From positions 248,001 to 312,000 of the forward strand of contig NIVC01000152.1 of NCBI GenBank assembly GCA_002269645.1: a stretch of DNA of 64,000 nt. Reading direction: 5' to 3'. Below are positions 1 through 13,849 of the stretch, piece after piece. The notes below the pieces were generated by a model. It was not told the DNA's origin. It made no database searches and was given only the letters and a program-made list of their open reading frames with translations. A program made the translations under genes and the position numbers. Every line of letters begins with the position of its first letter. Position 1 is the stretch's first letter. This DNA comes from Macrostomum lignano (taxonomy: Eukaryota).

Positions 1-228
1 ACTTATCGCGCAGAGTTCATGAAGTCAGCAGCCGATTCTGTACAAAATCTACCGAATTCTTCTGCGTAAAACAGCCGCTAAAATCTGGCAAGGAATATTG
101 AATATAGAGTTCGAGGTGGCAAAGTGTTCTCCATTGCCTTCTGTAGTCAATTCGATATTAAATATAAATATAAACAAAAAATTAAACATGTAATTAGCAG
201 TAGCAGAAAGCATTGGGTTGGTCTCTAG

Positions 229-614
<386 letters not shown>

Positions 615-1007
615 TCGCAGTTTTTATTTGTTTCTTGTTAGCAACGCACTGAATGGCAAGCAGGTATTTTCCTCCAATAGTGCAGCAGCAGTAACAGGCC
701 GTGCTCAGTTCCTCGTCGGGAATCTGCATGAGCTTTGATCCCCTCTGTCTCTGGGATGAGCAATCGCACGGGCTCATCCCTCCACGCCCGCCATTGGCCC
801 GCCAGCGGGTAGGATGTTAAAACTAAACAAAAATCCTTGCTGGCAGCTCACGCGCTAAAAACTTTTAAAAAATTCGATACCATTGAACTTGGACAGAATT
901 TCTTTTTATCGAGCTATTTATCTCGCAACTCGCTCGAAAGATTTTGCTACTCAGCAGCTGAGCACGCCTCTCGAATTTCGGAAGTCTCTTCTTCAAGCAA
1001 TTTTGCA

Positions 1008-4000
1008 ATGCCGTCTTTGCTTGGATGGCTGCTTATTGCCGTGCTGTTGCTTTCGGCTCCGGATTTCCCGAAAGCGGATGCTTCAAGCCTGAAGGTGGCT
1101 GTGGTGCTCGAGAGCTCCGGCGCATTGAATCGCAGCCTCATTGACAACGCCTTCGCCAGGCGGGTGGCTACCAACTGGCGACTGAGCAGCGGCCGCAGCC
1201 TCCAACCTGTTGTGCTGGACGCTTCATCCGCAACTCCAGCATCCCCGTCCTGCTCTGCTGCTGCGGCTGTGCGACTCCGTGAGTTATTCTATTCAGACAT
1301 CCCCGACTCAGACATCCCCGACTCAGACATCCCCGACTCAGACATCCCCGACTCAGATATCCCCGACTCAGATATCCCCGACTCAGACATCCCCGACTCA
1401 GATATCCCCGACTCAGACATCCCCGACTCAGACATCCCCGACTCAGACATACCCGACTCAGACATCTCCGCCTCAGATATCCCAGACTTAGACATCCCCG
1501 ACTCAGACATCCCCGACTCAGACATACCCGACTCAGACATCTCCGCCTCAGATATCCCCGACTCAGACATCCCCGACTCAGACATCCCCGACTCAGACAT
1601 ACCCGACTCAGACATCTCCGCCTCAGATATCCCAGACTTAGACATACCGGACTCAGATATATCCACGACTCAGTCATCTCCGACTCAGACATCCCCGACT
1701 CAGATATCCACGACTCAGACGTCATTGACTCAGACGTTCCGACTCAAAAAATGTCTCCGACTCAGTCATTATTGAACCATTCTTAACCCACTCAAGCCCT
1801 TCACTCCACTAACTGATTCTTCCCTAATCCCCTGTCCCCCCACCCCACAGTGTGCTCCCAATCGAACCTGTCGGCACTGCTCGCCATCGGACAGTGCAGC
1901 TTCCTTGCTCAGTTGAGATCGGCGGCGGCCAGCCTGCAGTTGCCGACCGTGGCTCTGCCGACACAGCTGTGCAGCGGGCTGGAGTTTGGTGAGATCTTTG
2001 ACGACTAATGAGAGACTTGTTAAACATTTGATGGACTTCATTTAATGATCCTGAAGCTCATTAATTGATGGACTCCATTTGGGGGAGCTGTCCTTGGAGG
2101 AAGGTATCCTTGGAGGGAAGTGTCCTTGGAGGGAGGTATCCTTTGGAGGGAAGTGTCCTTGGAGGGAGGTATCCTTTGGAGGGAAGTGTCCTTGGAGGGA
2201 AGTGTCCTTGGAGGGAGGTATCCTTTGGAGGGAAGTGTCCTTGGAGGGAAGTGTCCTTGGAGGGAGGTATCCTTTGGAGGGAAGTGTCCTTGGAGGGAGG
2301 TATCCTTTGGAGAGAGGTATCCTTTGGAGGGAAGTGTCCTTGGAGGGAGGTATCCTTTGGAGGGAAGTGTCCTTGGAGGGAGGTATCCTTTGGAGGGAAG
2401 TGTCCTTGGAGAGAAGTGTCCTTGGAGGGAGGTATCCTTTGGAGGGAAGTGTCCTTGGAGGGAGGTATCCTTTGGAGGGAGGTGTCCTTGGAGGGAGGTA
2501 TCCTTTGGAGAGAGGTATCCTTTGGAGGGAGGTATCCTTTGGAGGGAAGTGTCCTTGGAGGGAGGTATCCTTTGGAGAGAGGTATCCTTTGGAGGGAAGT
2601 GTCCTTGGAGGGAGGTATCCTTTGGAGAGAGGTATCCTTTGGAGGGAGGTATCCTTTGGAGGGAAGTGTCCTTGGAGGGAGGTATCCTTTGGAGAGAGGT
2701 ATCCTTTGGAGGGAAGTGTCCTTGGAGGGAGGGTATCCTTGGAGGGAAGGTATCCTTGGAGGAAGTGTCCTTGGAGGGAAGGTGTCCTTGGAGGGAAGGT
2801 GTCCTTGGAGGGAAGTGTCCTTGGAGGGAGGGTATCCTTGGAGGGAGGTGTCCTTGGAGGGAAGGTGTCCTTGGAGGGAGGGTATCCTTGGAGGGAAGTG
2901 TCCTTAGAGGGAAGCGTCCTTGGAGGCAGATATCCTTGAAGGAGCTGTCCTTTGAGGGAGCTGTCCTTGAGTTAGCTCGTAATTCCTAAAGCATTTAAAA
3001 CTACGCAGACTACGGCTTGACTGGCAGTCATCAGCCCAGCCAGTTGATGGCGGCAGCGGCGGCGGCTCTGGCGGAGAAAGGCGTCACCGAGGCCGTGGCA
3101 GTGCTGTTCGATGGACGCCAGGGTGAGCGCTGAGCAAAGATCTGCCTGATGCGCTTTCTTCGAATGTCAATTCATTCCAGTGTATCTGCTCTTCCGGGTT
3201 GTGTAGATTTTTATGGGATCCTAGCTGGATCGAAATGGGATTCTGAGTGGGATTGCGTGGGCGAAGTGGGCGAGTTGGAAAAGCATTTAGGATAGGGCCG
3301 GTGTGGGATTCGGATGGGGTTGGTGTGGGATTTGGATGGGATTGGTGTGGGACTCGGATGGGGTTGGTCTAAGTTCTGTGGTTGGTCTGGGATTTGGTTG
3401 GGTTTGGTATGGGATTCACAACAGGTTGGTGTCGGATTCCTAACCGGTTGGTGTGGGGTTCCTGACAGGTTGGTGTGGGGTTCCTTACAGGTTGGTGTGG
3501 GATTCCTAACCGGTTGGTGTGGGATTCCCAACAGGTTGGTGTGGGATTCTTAACAGGTTAGTGTGGGATTCCCAACAGGTTGGTGTGGGATTCCTAACAT
3601 GTTGGTGTGGGATTCCTAACCGGTTGGTGTGGGATTCCCAACAAGTTGGTGTGGGATTCCTAAAAGGCCGGTTTGATGGCTCAGCGTCAGTTCAGAGCCT
3701 GGAAGCTGCTTCAAGCCAAGCTTTGATGTCGGCGCCCCACCCGCAGATTCCGCCGTGCTGCAGCAGCTGCAGGGCGCTCTGAGCAGTCGGCAACTCTCGT
3801 CCGTCACCCTCCAGATCGACAGCCCGGCCTCCGGGACCGGCGGCCCGCGGTCCGATCTCGCGCTGCTGCTCAGCCGCTTGATGAAGAAGCGGCTGCGCCA
3901 CGCTGTCGTGCTGGCGGAGTCGGCTACCGCGCTGCAGCTGCTAGCCGTGGCCAACTCCAGCGGCCTGCTGCAGCAGAACTACTTCTGGCTGGTGCTGGAC

Positions 4001-7000
4001 ACTGGCGGACTCTGTCCGGGACAGCTCAAAGCGCTCCGCCTGCCGGTCTTCGCCAATGTAGCCCTGCTCAGGGGTGTCGCAACCGCCGCCTGCTCTGGCG
4101 AAGTGCTCGACGCCTTTGGCACCTGCGAAACGGACTGGATTAGGGTGGGTTGGTCAGAGTAGGCGTGTCACTTAGCGCGCCAGTTCATTTGAGTTTAGCG
4201 CGCCAGTTCATTTGAGTTTAGCGCGCCAGTTCATTTGAGTTTTGCGCGCCGTTTCATTTGAGTTTTGCGCGCCTGTTCATTTATTTATACCAAATTCAGG
4301 ACGCTTCCAGTTTTTTGCACTAAACTCACAATAGCTCGTATTTCACCTCCATGAAGCAAATGGCTTTCGTTCGGGGCGAAAATACACAATAGCAATAGAA
4401 ACAAAGTGTCGGATTTCCATCCTCCGATTACTTTTACTTTCTGTTTTGCAATATTATTTAACTGTCAACTTTGACACCAAGTTACATAGCCATTCAAGCC
4501 TCTTGACCCGGTCCCGCTCCCGAATCCTGCCAGACTGTCGACGCGAGATTTGTCGACGCCGTAGAAGCCATCGCCAAGGCGTTGAACGATTCGACTGGAG
4601 CAGTCGGCGGCTTCGAGCCAAGCAATGCCACCTGCGACAGCGGCCGCCTCCAGGCCTGGAGCTCCGGGCCGGCGGTGTTCGCCAGACTGGCCGGGGTAAG
4701 TCCGAGGTACAGAAGATGTAAGCACTCTGGAAGCCTGTCAACAGAGCGAGTCGTGGACAACTGTTGTAGAAAGACACTACCCTCGGTTTTCTTAGAAACG
4801 TAAATCTGCAGGGCGGTAAGGAACGGATATTTGTCGTATCGCTAGTACAATTAGTGCGCTCTCGCCAAATCGGATTTTTCTCGACCGAATTTGTCTATGG
4901 CAAATGCGCCCCTGCTACTGCAGTTGTTCATGGAAACGAGCTTGCTTAGTTGAGAATGACTGCAGCTCAACTGTCAGCACGTGACCCGACAAGAGTACTT
5001 GCAGCCCGGACTGCCGCCGACTTACAGAATAATTAATAACAAAGCTTATTCCTTTGTGCACCAAAAGGCTGTCGATCGTCAGTGCTCGCGTGTGATGCCC
5101 CCTTCCCCCTGCCAAAAGCTTATCCCTGCAGCCGTCCCGGAACGTACTTCCTCTCACACAGGCACCAACGCCATGCACTGAGTCTCTTTACCCGTTTTTT
5201 AACCATACAGCTCACAGACTACAATCCGGGCAGAGGTGTCATCAGCTTCAATCCGACCAGTCGACATTTCGACGCTCAGGGCATTGAACTCGTTGGCGCG
5301 TTCAATGAGAACCGCGGCGCTCCGATGCAGTTCGTTCGGTCGGTTCTGTACAACCCGAAATCTGCTTCTCTGACGGTGCTGTTGCGTAGGCGCGGGATCA
5401 GCCTTGTGTTTCCCAACACCTTCGTTGGATTTAACAATGAAATTTTGGTTATTTGCTCGCCTGTGGTAAGTCATCTGACCGGTACAGTATCTGACCGGTA
5501 CAGTATCTGACCGGTATAGTATCTGACCGGTATAGTATCTGACCGGTACAGTATCTGAACGGTACAGTATCTGACCGGTACAGTATCTGACCGGTACAAT
5601 ATCTGATTGGTACAGTATCTGACTGGTACAGTATCTGACCGGTACAATATCTGACCGGTACAGTATCTGACCGGTACAATATCTGATTGGTACAGTATCT
5701 GATTGGTACAGTATCTGATTGGTACAGTATCTGACCGTACAATATCTGATTGGTACAGTATCTGACCGGTACAGTATCTGACCGGTACAGTATCTGACCG
5801 GTACAGTATCTGACCGGTACAGTATCTGACCGGTACAGTATCTGACCGGTACAGTATCTGACCATTACACTGTCTGAACAGTACAGGGTCTGACGAATGC
5901 AGTTTCTGACCAGTTGTATCGAAGGTCATAGAAGAATGACTATTTATATAAACGGTAGTTTTAACTGTTGAAACTGAACCCAGAAGAATATTTGAACAAG
6001 TCTAGACTTCACTAAACAAGTCAGTCTGATTAAACTTACTTAGTAACTTAGACTGCATTTTAAGTAAGAAGTAATATGCGCCAGTAAGTACTAGTTGTCT
6101 CAGTCCTTCCATAACTTGTTGACAGCAGATCTTTCCAACTGCCCCATCACCGCCTAGTACCCGCCATTCACAAAGTTCGAATCAGTCTACCCGAACAACA
6201 CCGTGACTGTTAGCGGGATGCTGCGCGACCTGCTTGACATCCTGGCCGAGAAGATGCAGTTCCGGTGCGTCTCAAACGCATGCACTGCATGCTCTTATGC
6301 CGATATAGGGGGATGCCAACTAGAGGCACTCAATTACTTTCAGGACCAGTTGACTACGAGCGTAGAAACACTGACACAGCCAGTTTCAAAGCAAAATACA
6401 GTTTGTGACGCCAAGTGGTTTCATGGAATGGGGTTAATGGACACACATGATGAAGTTGGCTTTGACCCTTTTTGATCAACAACTCTGGATCGCGAAATCC
6501 TTGTGATTCTGCATGACCGTTGTGTAATCCTAATATAGTGAGTCTTCTCAAACTTTGGGTTCTCAAGTTGACATGAAATCCAACTTTTGTCCCCTGGGAG
6601 CTCAAGTGAGGAACCTGGACAAGATTTCTAGTCGACTGGTCCGGAAAATCACCGATTTCCGTCGGTTTGGTCCTGAGCTCAACTGATTCTAAGAATAACT
6701 AAGAACCTATTCCTAGAATCTGCATGTCAACCCATTATTTCGTACACTCCTCAACAGGTACATCACCAAGACACCGGACGATGGTCAATGGGGCGGCCCG
6801 CAGGCTGGCAAAGATTATTACACTGGTTGCGTTGGCGAGGTTCAGAGAGATGTAAGTTAACTGATTAGTTAAAATACGTATAGGGTTGAATTCATGGCTT
6901 TTGATTTAACAATAATCTGTAGAATGCTCGTCTACGCCTAAACGATGTCTACGTCCTCGCGACAGTGCTCTAAGCCCTACAAACTATAGGCGTATCTGCA

Positions 7001-9872
7001 AACATATTCCAAGGTGAAACCCAACGCGTCGTTGTGAAACAACAACTCTTTATTGAATGATGACCCGTCCCTGTTTCGACTAACTCTAATTTGGTTCATT
7101 CTGTTCTGAGTCAACTGACCCCAAAATCAACTCTAGTCTCCCCCTACCTGACACATCCAACACAGATCTGCCAAATAGCAGGCGGCCCCTTTGTGAAGAC
7201 CACCACCCGAGACCGAGTAATCGACTACGCTCCGCCGGTGTACCAGGAGTCCACCGCCATTCTGCTCCACGTCCGCCGCCGAAATCAAAGCTTTGGAATG
7301 TCTACTTGACCCTCAGCCTGGACGTCTGGCTGCTGACAATCGGCACCCTGGTCGCTTCAGCCCTGTGCATCTGGTTGTTGGCCTACTTTTCCCCGTTCAG
7401 TGCCTACAACCTCAAATTGCAGTACGCCATAGCTGACGAAATCTGGCTGCAGGAATATCTCTGGAGCCTAATGGGCAGCTTCTTTCAGCAGGGTCAGGAT
7501 TTTTATCCATTTGCCGCGTCGCCAAGGACTGCTATGGCCTTCTGGTGGATGTTTACCGTGATATTCTATGCTTCCTACACCGGTAAGTGATCTCAACTCA
7601 GTAGTATTCAGGGCACCTCATTCCCAACAGCGGTCAGTCATCTTTTCTGACTCCTAAACCCATTACAGGTGACTTAACCGCCCACCTGACAATTGCTGTT
7701 ACTGACCTGCCAATTAAAACACTCGAAGGTTTGGCCGCTCAGACAGAAATCAAGCCGCAGGTACAAATTGGCACTAATCACTACGCCCTACTCAAGGAGA
7801 GCACATCCGGCATCTACAGGAAGCTGGGTGATATGGTCACAGTGGTGAATAGCGCTTCAGACTGCTCTGGAATGGTAGGTTAAGTCAGTGAATTTATCGT
7901 CTTGACTGAGTTTAGCCATACTTTTAATCGATGATAGCAAGGTTTCAAGGGGATTTGTTTAAAGTTGCCCGCCACCTACAAACGATGATTGACGATGTGA
8001 CCTAAAAACAACGACCGCTTGCATGTCAAAGGTCATTGCACATAAGCCTTATTTCTTCAAGTCATTGTCTCTTACCTTGAATGATTTCAGTATAAATTTC
8101 TAAACGCAAAGTGTCAGTCAGGAGTAAATGTAATTGGTTATTTATACTTTTCATTAGTTCTTTTTAGTTTAATAAAAACTTGTGCTCAAAATCGCCAGGT
8201 GTTCACGGGCAAAACCGCCTGCATCGGTGGCTACTCCTACCTGGTGAACTTTGCCAAGCAGAACTGCAGCCAGGTCTACATGGCCGAGGAAATCTTCAAC
8301 ACGGCTACCGCGGCCTTTATCTATGCTGACGACGCTTACTTTGCCGACCTGTTCGACTTCTAGTGAGTCCCAACTGGGGCAGGTGTAATCAGTTCTTAAT
8401 TATTATTATTAGTGACTGCTAGGAGGAGCTTCGGTGGAGGCAGAACGAGCTTACGAGCTACTTAATTATAATAATAAAAATTGATTCCACCTACCCTACT
8501 GGGCAGATGTGCAACCGACAGCTCAGCCGCAGCAATTGCGCGGCGCATCTGAAGGCTGCGTACGGCTGTTCAGTCCAAGGACTGGGGGGGTCGCCACTCA
8601 CACCTTCAATTACCCCAGCTAATGCTGGCACCCATTTTACAGCTGGATGAACTGAAGAAATCCAAAGTTTAGTGCCTTGCTCAAGGACACAAATTGTTCC
8701 GAGTAGGTCGAGAACCGAACCTCCCGACCTTTGAGTCGCGAGTCCGATGCTCTGACCACAAGGCTGCGAGCTACAACCCTAGTCTTAACTGACCCTAGGC
8801 TGTCGCATTATTCAACGAGAATTGTATAAGAAGTCAATTTCTGCAGAAACATCACGAACTGAATCACGAAAAAGAGGCTTTAAGACTCCTGAAAAGGAGG
8901 AAATTCTCTGTTGGCTGCATTCAGAATACTCGATTTCATCAACACTGAAAGGCCATTCATTCATTGAAATTCTTAATCCAGACTTACTTGGCAAAGTAGC
9001 CGAAATGTCGGCCGAATAATGCATGCATTGCCAGCTTCATCTGAGGCATTTGTTGAGCACAATTGCGGTAAAAACTTTATAATTATGCTTTCAAACTGGT
9101 TTGAATCTGAATGGAATGGATTTTGAAAAGCTTTTAGGAATCTAAAATCAGTAGCTAGCAGTAGCTGAAACGTGTTAACATTTTCGGGTCTATGTCAAGG
9201 ACGGCTTCAAGTGGACCCTGAGTGCTAAATACACTTGCCGCCCATGTCCTCTTCTCTATCCAGTATCCGCACACATTTCACTGCAAACAGAATGTTGTCG
9301 CCTTCAATTCGCGCTGGTATTATGTTCTTCATCAGTCCGACGATGTCCCGTTATTAATTATGCACCAGACCACTAGCATAGCATGAATTGTCTCTTTCCA
9401 CTGACTTTCTCTGTACTCTCTGTACGCTTTTGCGTCCCTCTCTCTTTATCAGTTCTATGGGTTTTGGCCATAGACAATCAAAAGCATAGGTCACGTCGGT
9501 CTTGACTGGGTCTTGAATTCCCAGTTATATAAGTAGAGGGGTTTCTGCGTTCTCGGACAATTCCGTTTTCAGAAACATTTTAACAAATATTGAGCAAAAA
9601 ATAATCATAGCAAACTCTTCCTAATCGTTTCCAGCTTTCTCAAGCTGAGCGAGACGGGCATCTTGGACAAGCTATTCAAAAAGTACTGGTCCAGCGACAC
9701 CGTCTGCTCAGTCGGCGCCGCTGCTGAGGCCGATTCCATCAACCTGGAAGGAGTCGGCGGCTGTTTCATAGTCGCTCTGGGATTGTACTGCATCGGTCTG
9801 ATCATTCTGGCATTGGAACTGTTGTGGACCAAAGTACTCGGAAAGTCACCGATTGGCTGTGCGCTTTACTGA
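1008..9872 (+). CDS. Divergent ionotropic glutamate receptor-family channel (ATD-like, S1, M1-P-M3, S2, M4), ~854 aa, 12 exons
   Basis: Exons 1008-1278, 1851-1988, 3009-3122, 3747-4144, 4534-4695, 5211-5465, 6158-6264, 6758-6851, 7166-7582, 7669-7874, 8199-8362, 9635-9872; all GT-AG with consistent phases after +1 nt at ~7272. Signal peptide; motifs YPPF..DLLDILAEKMQF, DGQWG, RDRVIDY, SLDVW, LWSLMGSFFQQG, SYTGDLTAHL, KLSETGILDKLFKKYW. Confidence 0.92.
1293..1765. repeat. 15-bp minisatellite (GACTCAGACATCCCC) in iGluR intron 1
   Basis: About 30 tandem units; source of the SDIPD ORF extension. Confidence 0.97.
2088..2975. repeat. 16/17-bp composite minisatellite (CCTTGGAGGGAAGTGT / CCTTTGGAGGGAGGTAT) in iGluR intron 2
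   Basis: Direct reading. Confidence 0.96.
3290..3665. repeat. ~22-bp minisatellite (GGTTGGTGTGGGATTCCYAACM) in iGluR intron 3
   Basis: Direct reading; degenerate at the left end. Confidence 0.93.
4172..4282. repeat. 23-bp tandem repeat (TTAGCGCGCCAGTTCATTTGAGT) x ~4.5 in iGluR intron 4
   Basis: Direct reading. Confidence 0.92.
5471..5865. repeat. 16-bp minisatellite (ATCTGACCGGTACAGT) starting at the donor of iGluR intron 6
   Basis: Direct reading; donor GTAAGTC-ATCTGACCG resembles the first unit. Confidence 0.96.
8464..8771 (-). mobile_element. tRNA-derived SINE with CORE-like central domain (iGluR intron 11)
   Basis: Minus strand: tRNA-like head with A-box (TGGTCAGAGC) and B-box-like GGTTCGGTTCT, then TGTGTCCTTGAGCAAGGCACTAAAC...CAGCTGTAAAATGGGG (resembles the MIR/CORE domain), then a TTA-type tail. 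Confidence 0.8.
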
Positions 9873-12800
9873 AGACAAGGTGATATTCATTCTTCAGTCT
9901 AGTCCGAAAGCTATTTGCATTCCAGTCGTGGTAGTTTTATACTACTTTTATCAAATAGAGGAACGCTCTAATTAGTAAACATCTTACTTTTCTGCTGCAA
10001 ATCACGTTAGCTATCCATCAGTGACAAACTATATAATCCAAAGAACAATTTAATATTAGAAAACGAAACGAGATCAAACAATGAATTCTATGCTTGAACA
10101 CATTTTCGTGAGGATGGGAATGCAATTATAATACCCAATATTTTTCGCTTTCTAGAAGTGCAAATTCTTCACAAAACGTTTAACAATCGTCATAAATGAA
10201 AGCACAATGATTCTGAACATACAAAGCTTTCATCCCATTGGAACTTTTGCCTCTTGTAAGTCAAACAAATAATTACTCAGTGTTAGTCACAAAAAGGAGT
10301 TATATAGCTATTGCAGTACTGGATGAAAATACAGTCGTAGCGTTGCACATGTAAATCAATTGTTGATAATTGTTTTCTAACACGCCTATTAATAATTAAA
10401 AGCTGCGATAGCGGATACAGGTATAGTTTGTGTCTGTGAATTAAATACACATGCTATGCAAAGCAAGATCCGCACAAAATTTAAAACATTTTTTTATTGT
10501 TACTGATTATAAATTAAGAAAGAATTATTAAATCGTTAACAGTGGATTTGTATGCATGGTCACCTTGGATCGGAGAGGGGCAAACGAATTTCATTGGAAG
10601 CCATTATTGCAACATACCTGGCTTGCATTATACTGTAAGGTCGGATGCTGAGAAGCGTTTTAACGAGTAAACTTACAATGTATAAAGTATCTCAAAATCA
10701 TCGAGAACCTCCAGCTGCCTGCCTCATCACCCGCTGGCGTGCTGCATGTATTTAGAAGCGATAGTCAATCCTACTCATTCTGCTTGATGCTGCAGCAATT
10801 AACCCATCTTTGATCTCCGATAGTCTTTGCAAAATACAGTTGTAAATAAACGCTACATTTAAAACAAAACTAAAAACTGGCTTATCTCTCTCGCCTCCGG
10901 CTGCGGTAAATGCGTCTATATAGCCAAAGTTTTGTTAGATTAGACTGATAACTTACATTTCTGTGGGTCATTTGATTAGCCGGTTTTCAGTCGATCTGCA
11001 TGTCGTTCATAGAAAAAGCCCGTTTACACAAATGCAAATGTATAGATCAGGCAGAGGGCTGGTGCTGTGTGCCGCCTGTTCAGGGAGCACAATTTCTAGC
11101 CTGAATGATACTTTCTAAGAACACTGCTAGGATTAATATGCAAGGGGGGCAAGCTCATAGGAAATTCATATAGCTAAAAAGACAGAATATTTAACTAGCT
11201 ACCTTCATGATTTTCACAAGGTCGAAAACATCGCACATGCCATTCGCAATGTGTAAATATATGTATTCATGGATATGTCTTTCATGCAGTACCATCAAGC
11301 GCTGCCACGCGCGGGGATTTGCTCTTTAATTAATGTACGAGTACTACAAAGCTTTACGTTTTTGGATTGGCGTAGGTAGAAACAATCCGAAGTCGGAAAC
11401 GTCGACAACGATGCTTCGAATTAACGCCTAGCGAAGTCGATGGCAAGCCCAATACTTAAGGCTACAATTGACTTTCAGCTGACGTTTTGTAATTATTATA
11501 CATTTATAATATCTTTTTAGTTTGCAAAATTAGAAAAAAGGAATTAGATACAGTATTGCACATCATCGTCATCCATCAGGATAATGTAAAAGTACAGTGT
11601 GCTCAGTTTTAGTTATTAATTCTGAGAAACAAAGTTTAATATCTTCCTACATGTATTAGAGTCGTCGTCCGGCCTAATGTCAATCGACGTTGCATGGGAA
11701 TGCATATGCGGGTACAAAATAATTGAAACGAACAAACAAAAGCAAGTTTATTCAAGATTTAAAATGAGTCTTAGGTATTAAAAGGAGTAGTACACGGCGT
11801 AGTAAATGTGTCAGCCAGTACAGAAAGTTGCCAAAGCTCTTTTTGGTAGGCCCCTAGAGTCAGCGCAAGAGAAACTTGCTAAGGTGGGAGTCAAAAAGGT
11901 CGTCATTGGTGCCATGCTGACTACAAAACTTTGCCTTCACGGCCTTCAAAAGGCCCAGGTGCCTTCAATGGTATTCTCAATGATTGATTTCAAGGTCACA
12001 GAGATCGGCCAATGGCCGCAAATTGGCAGGAGGTAGGATATTTACAGGCGCTCGAGGTTTTCCAGCCATGATTTACGCTGAAAATAACGAAAATCGGGTC
12101 AAATAATTTAACGCGGGAAAGTAGGACATTGCATTGGACGTGTTGCAGTGTTTCTGCATATGGATCAAAGGCTTTGCAAAAGACTTTTCCAAAATTTTCC
12201 AATCCAGTCGATACCACGAGTAAACTTACATTATCTAACAAGAGTGTATTAACCAAGGCAATTGCAAACCCCCATGGTCGCGCTAATCCACTGAGCGTTT
12301 TTGATGGTCTAATCATCCACAAAAATCCATTATTTGAAAGCCATGGCTACTTCTCTCACTTCGCCAGTATTTTGGCGAAAATTTGTAGCAGGCCCACTGG
12401 CAGCCTTTTCTAGATCTCTACAGAGGGGGTGACTTTGATTATGTCACTCCCACTAGTATTATAACTGAGCCAACCTACAGTGAGGTGTGAACTGTGAAAC
12501 ATGCAATTTCACAGCCTCACTTCAGGTAGGCCTACGTCTTAATAGATTTTACACAGAGCATCAAAGACAAGAGATGATCTCATACTAAACAAAAACCTGC
12601 TTTTGAGAGTAACATCTTATTTGAAAATAAATATTTATGTCTTGGTATTGAGTAAATACCCATTTTTGCTTAAATTTGATTGTTATAAATTTTGGTCATT
12701 TTCAAAAATAGATAAGCACGCACGCCGACTCTGAAGCCTTTTTCAGAATATTATTATGAGGATGATTGTATGATGGATGTCGGGAATATGCAACCCAGAC

Positions 12801-13849
12801 TTACACTGACTGATTGATCAAATTTATGAAATAAAAATAATTAACTGTACATAAACTTGATTTATTATTAATAGTAGGGCTTGAGATCGCAGATAGGGCT
12901 AAAGCCATTCATTGCCTTTGCCATAGCGACAAACTAAATCCCTAATTAATGAGTAATGTAAGCCCCAAGGAGGCAGGCTAGACGGTTAACTTCATCAGTA
13001 GCAGTAGGGCCTACACTCAGATTTTTATTAAAAAACAATGGTGCTACTTCTAAGTTGATTATTGATTAATGATAAGTAGATTACTGATAGTGATAGAAGT
13101 TTTGTCAATCTTTATTCTTAAATCTTTATTTTTAATTAAAACTCTTAATTCTAAGCTAGTTTTATAGGCAATGCTTAGCCTAACTTAGGGCTTAGTCCCA
13201 TGGTCCAATGTCAATATCCCAATAACAAAAATATTATCTATTTACTATTACATTACAATATATGGCCCTATGCTAATTGCTAATAATGCCTTGCTTTCCA
13301 ATATTCCTATAATAGCTCTTATAATATAGTTGGCCTCCCAACCCTTAGCTAGCATATATGTTATGCCTATATTAATACTAAAAGTATAATCTATATAGGC
13401 TAGTGCCATGCCAATATTTCTCAACTTATTCTTATAACTTGTTATAATAATAGGCCCTAGATGCAATACTGAAAGCCTAGATAGAACTTATATTTCAATA
13501 TTTTGTCTATAATATATAGTTTTTCTTTAACAATTTTTTTAGATAACAGGCTATAGCCATAGGGCAGAGGTCTATACAAATTGTCATTAAGAAATTTAGG
13601 TTTTGCTATAGCTACAGATATGGCCATGGGAAGTTATAAATATACATATAGAGGTTTTTTTGGCAAAAGCATATGAATATAGATATGGTTATAGAAACTT
13701 TTACATCACATATTTAGCTACCATAGGCCTATCTAGTAATATGAGTATCTCTTGATTAAGAATTAAAAAACCATTGGAGGCTGGAGCTATTGCTTTGATA
13801 GGTTAGGATAGGCCTAGTAGAAATCAATGAATTTTGCCAGTTTCAAAGT

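Noticed and set aside
785-805. GC-box/CCAAT-like cluster upstream of the iGluR ATG
   Set aside because: Short motifs are likely by chance and there is no TSS evidence.
11806-12413. Short ORFs and minus-strand splice-like signals at 11.8-12.4 kb
   Set aside because: No recognisable domain and no consistent multi-exon frame could be built.
13248-13466. Minus-strand ORF as a decayed reverse transcriptase
   Set aside because: No convincing RT motif by eye; a profile search after reverting transitions would be needed.
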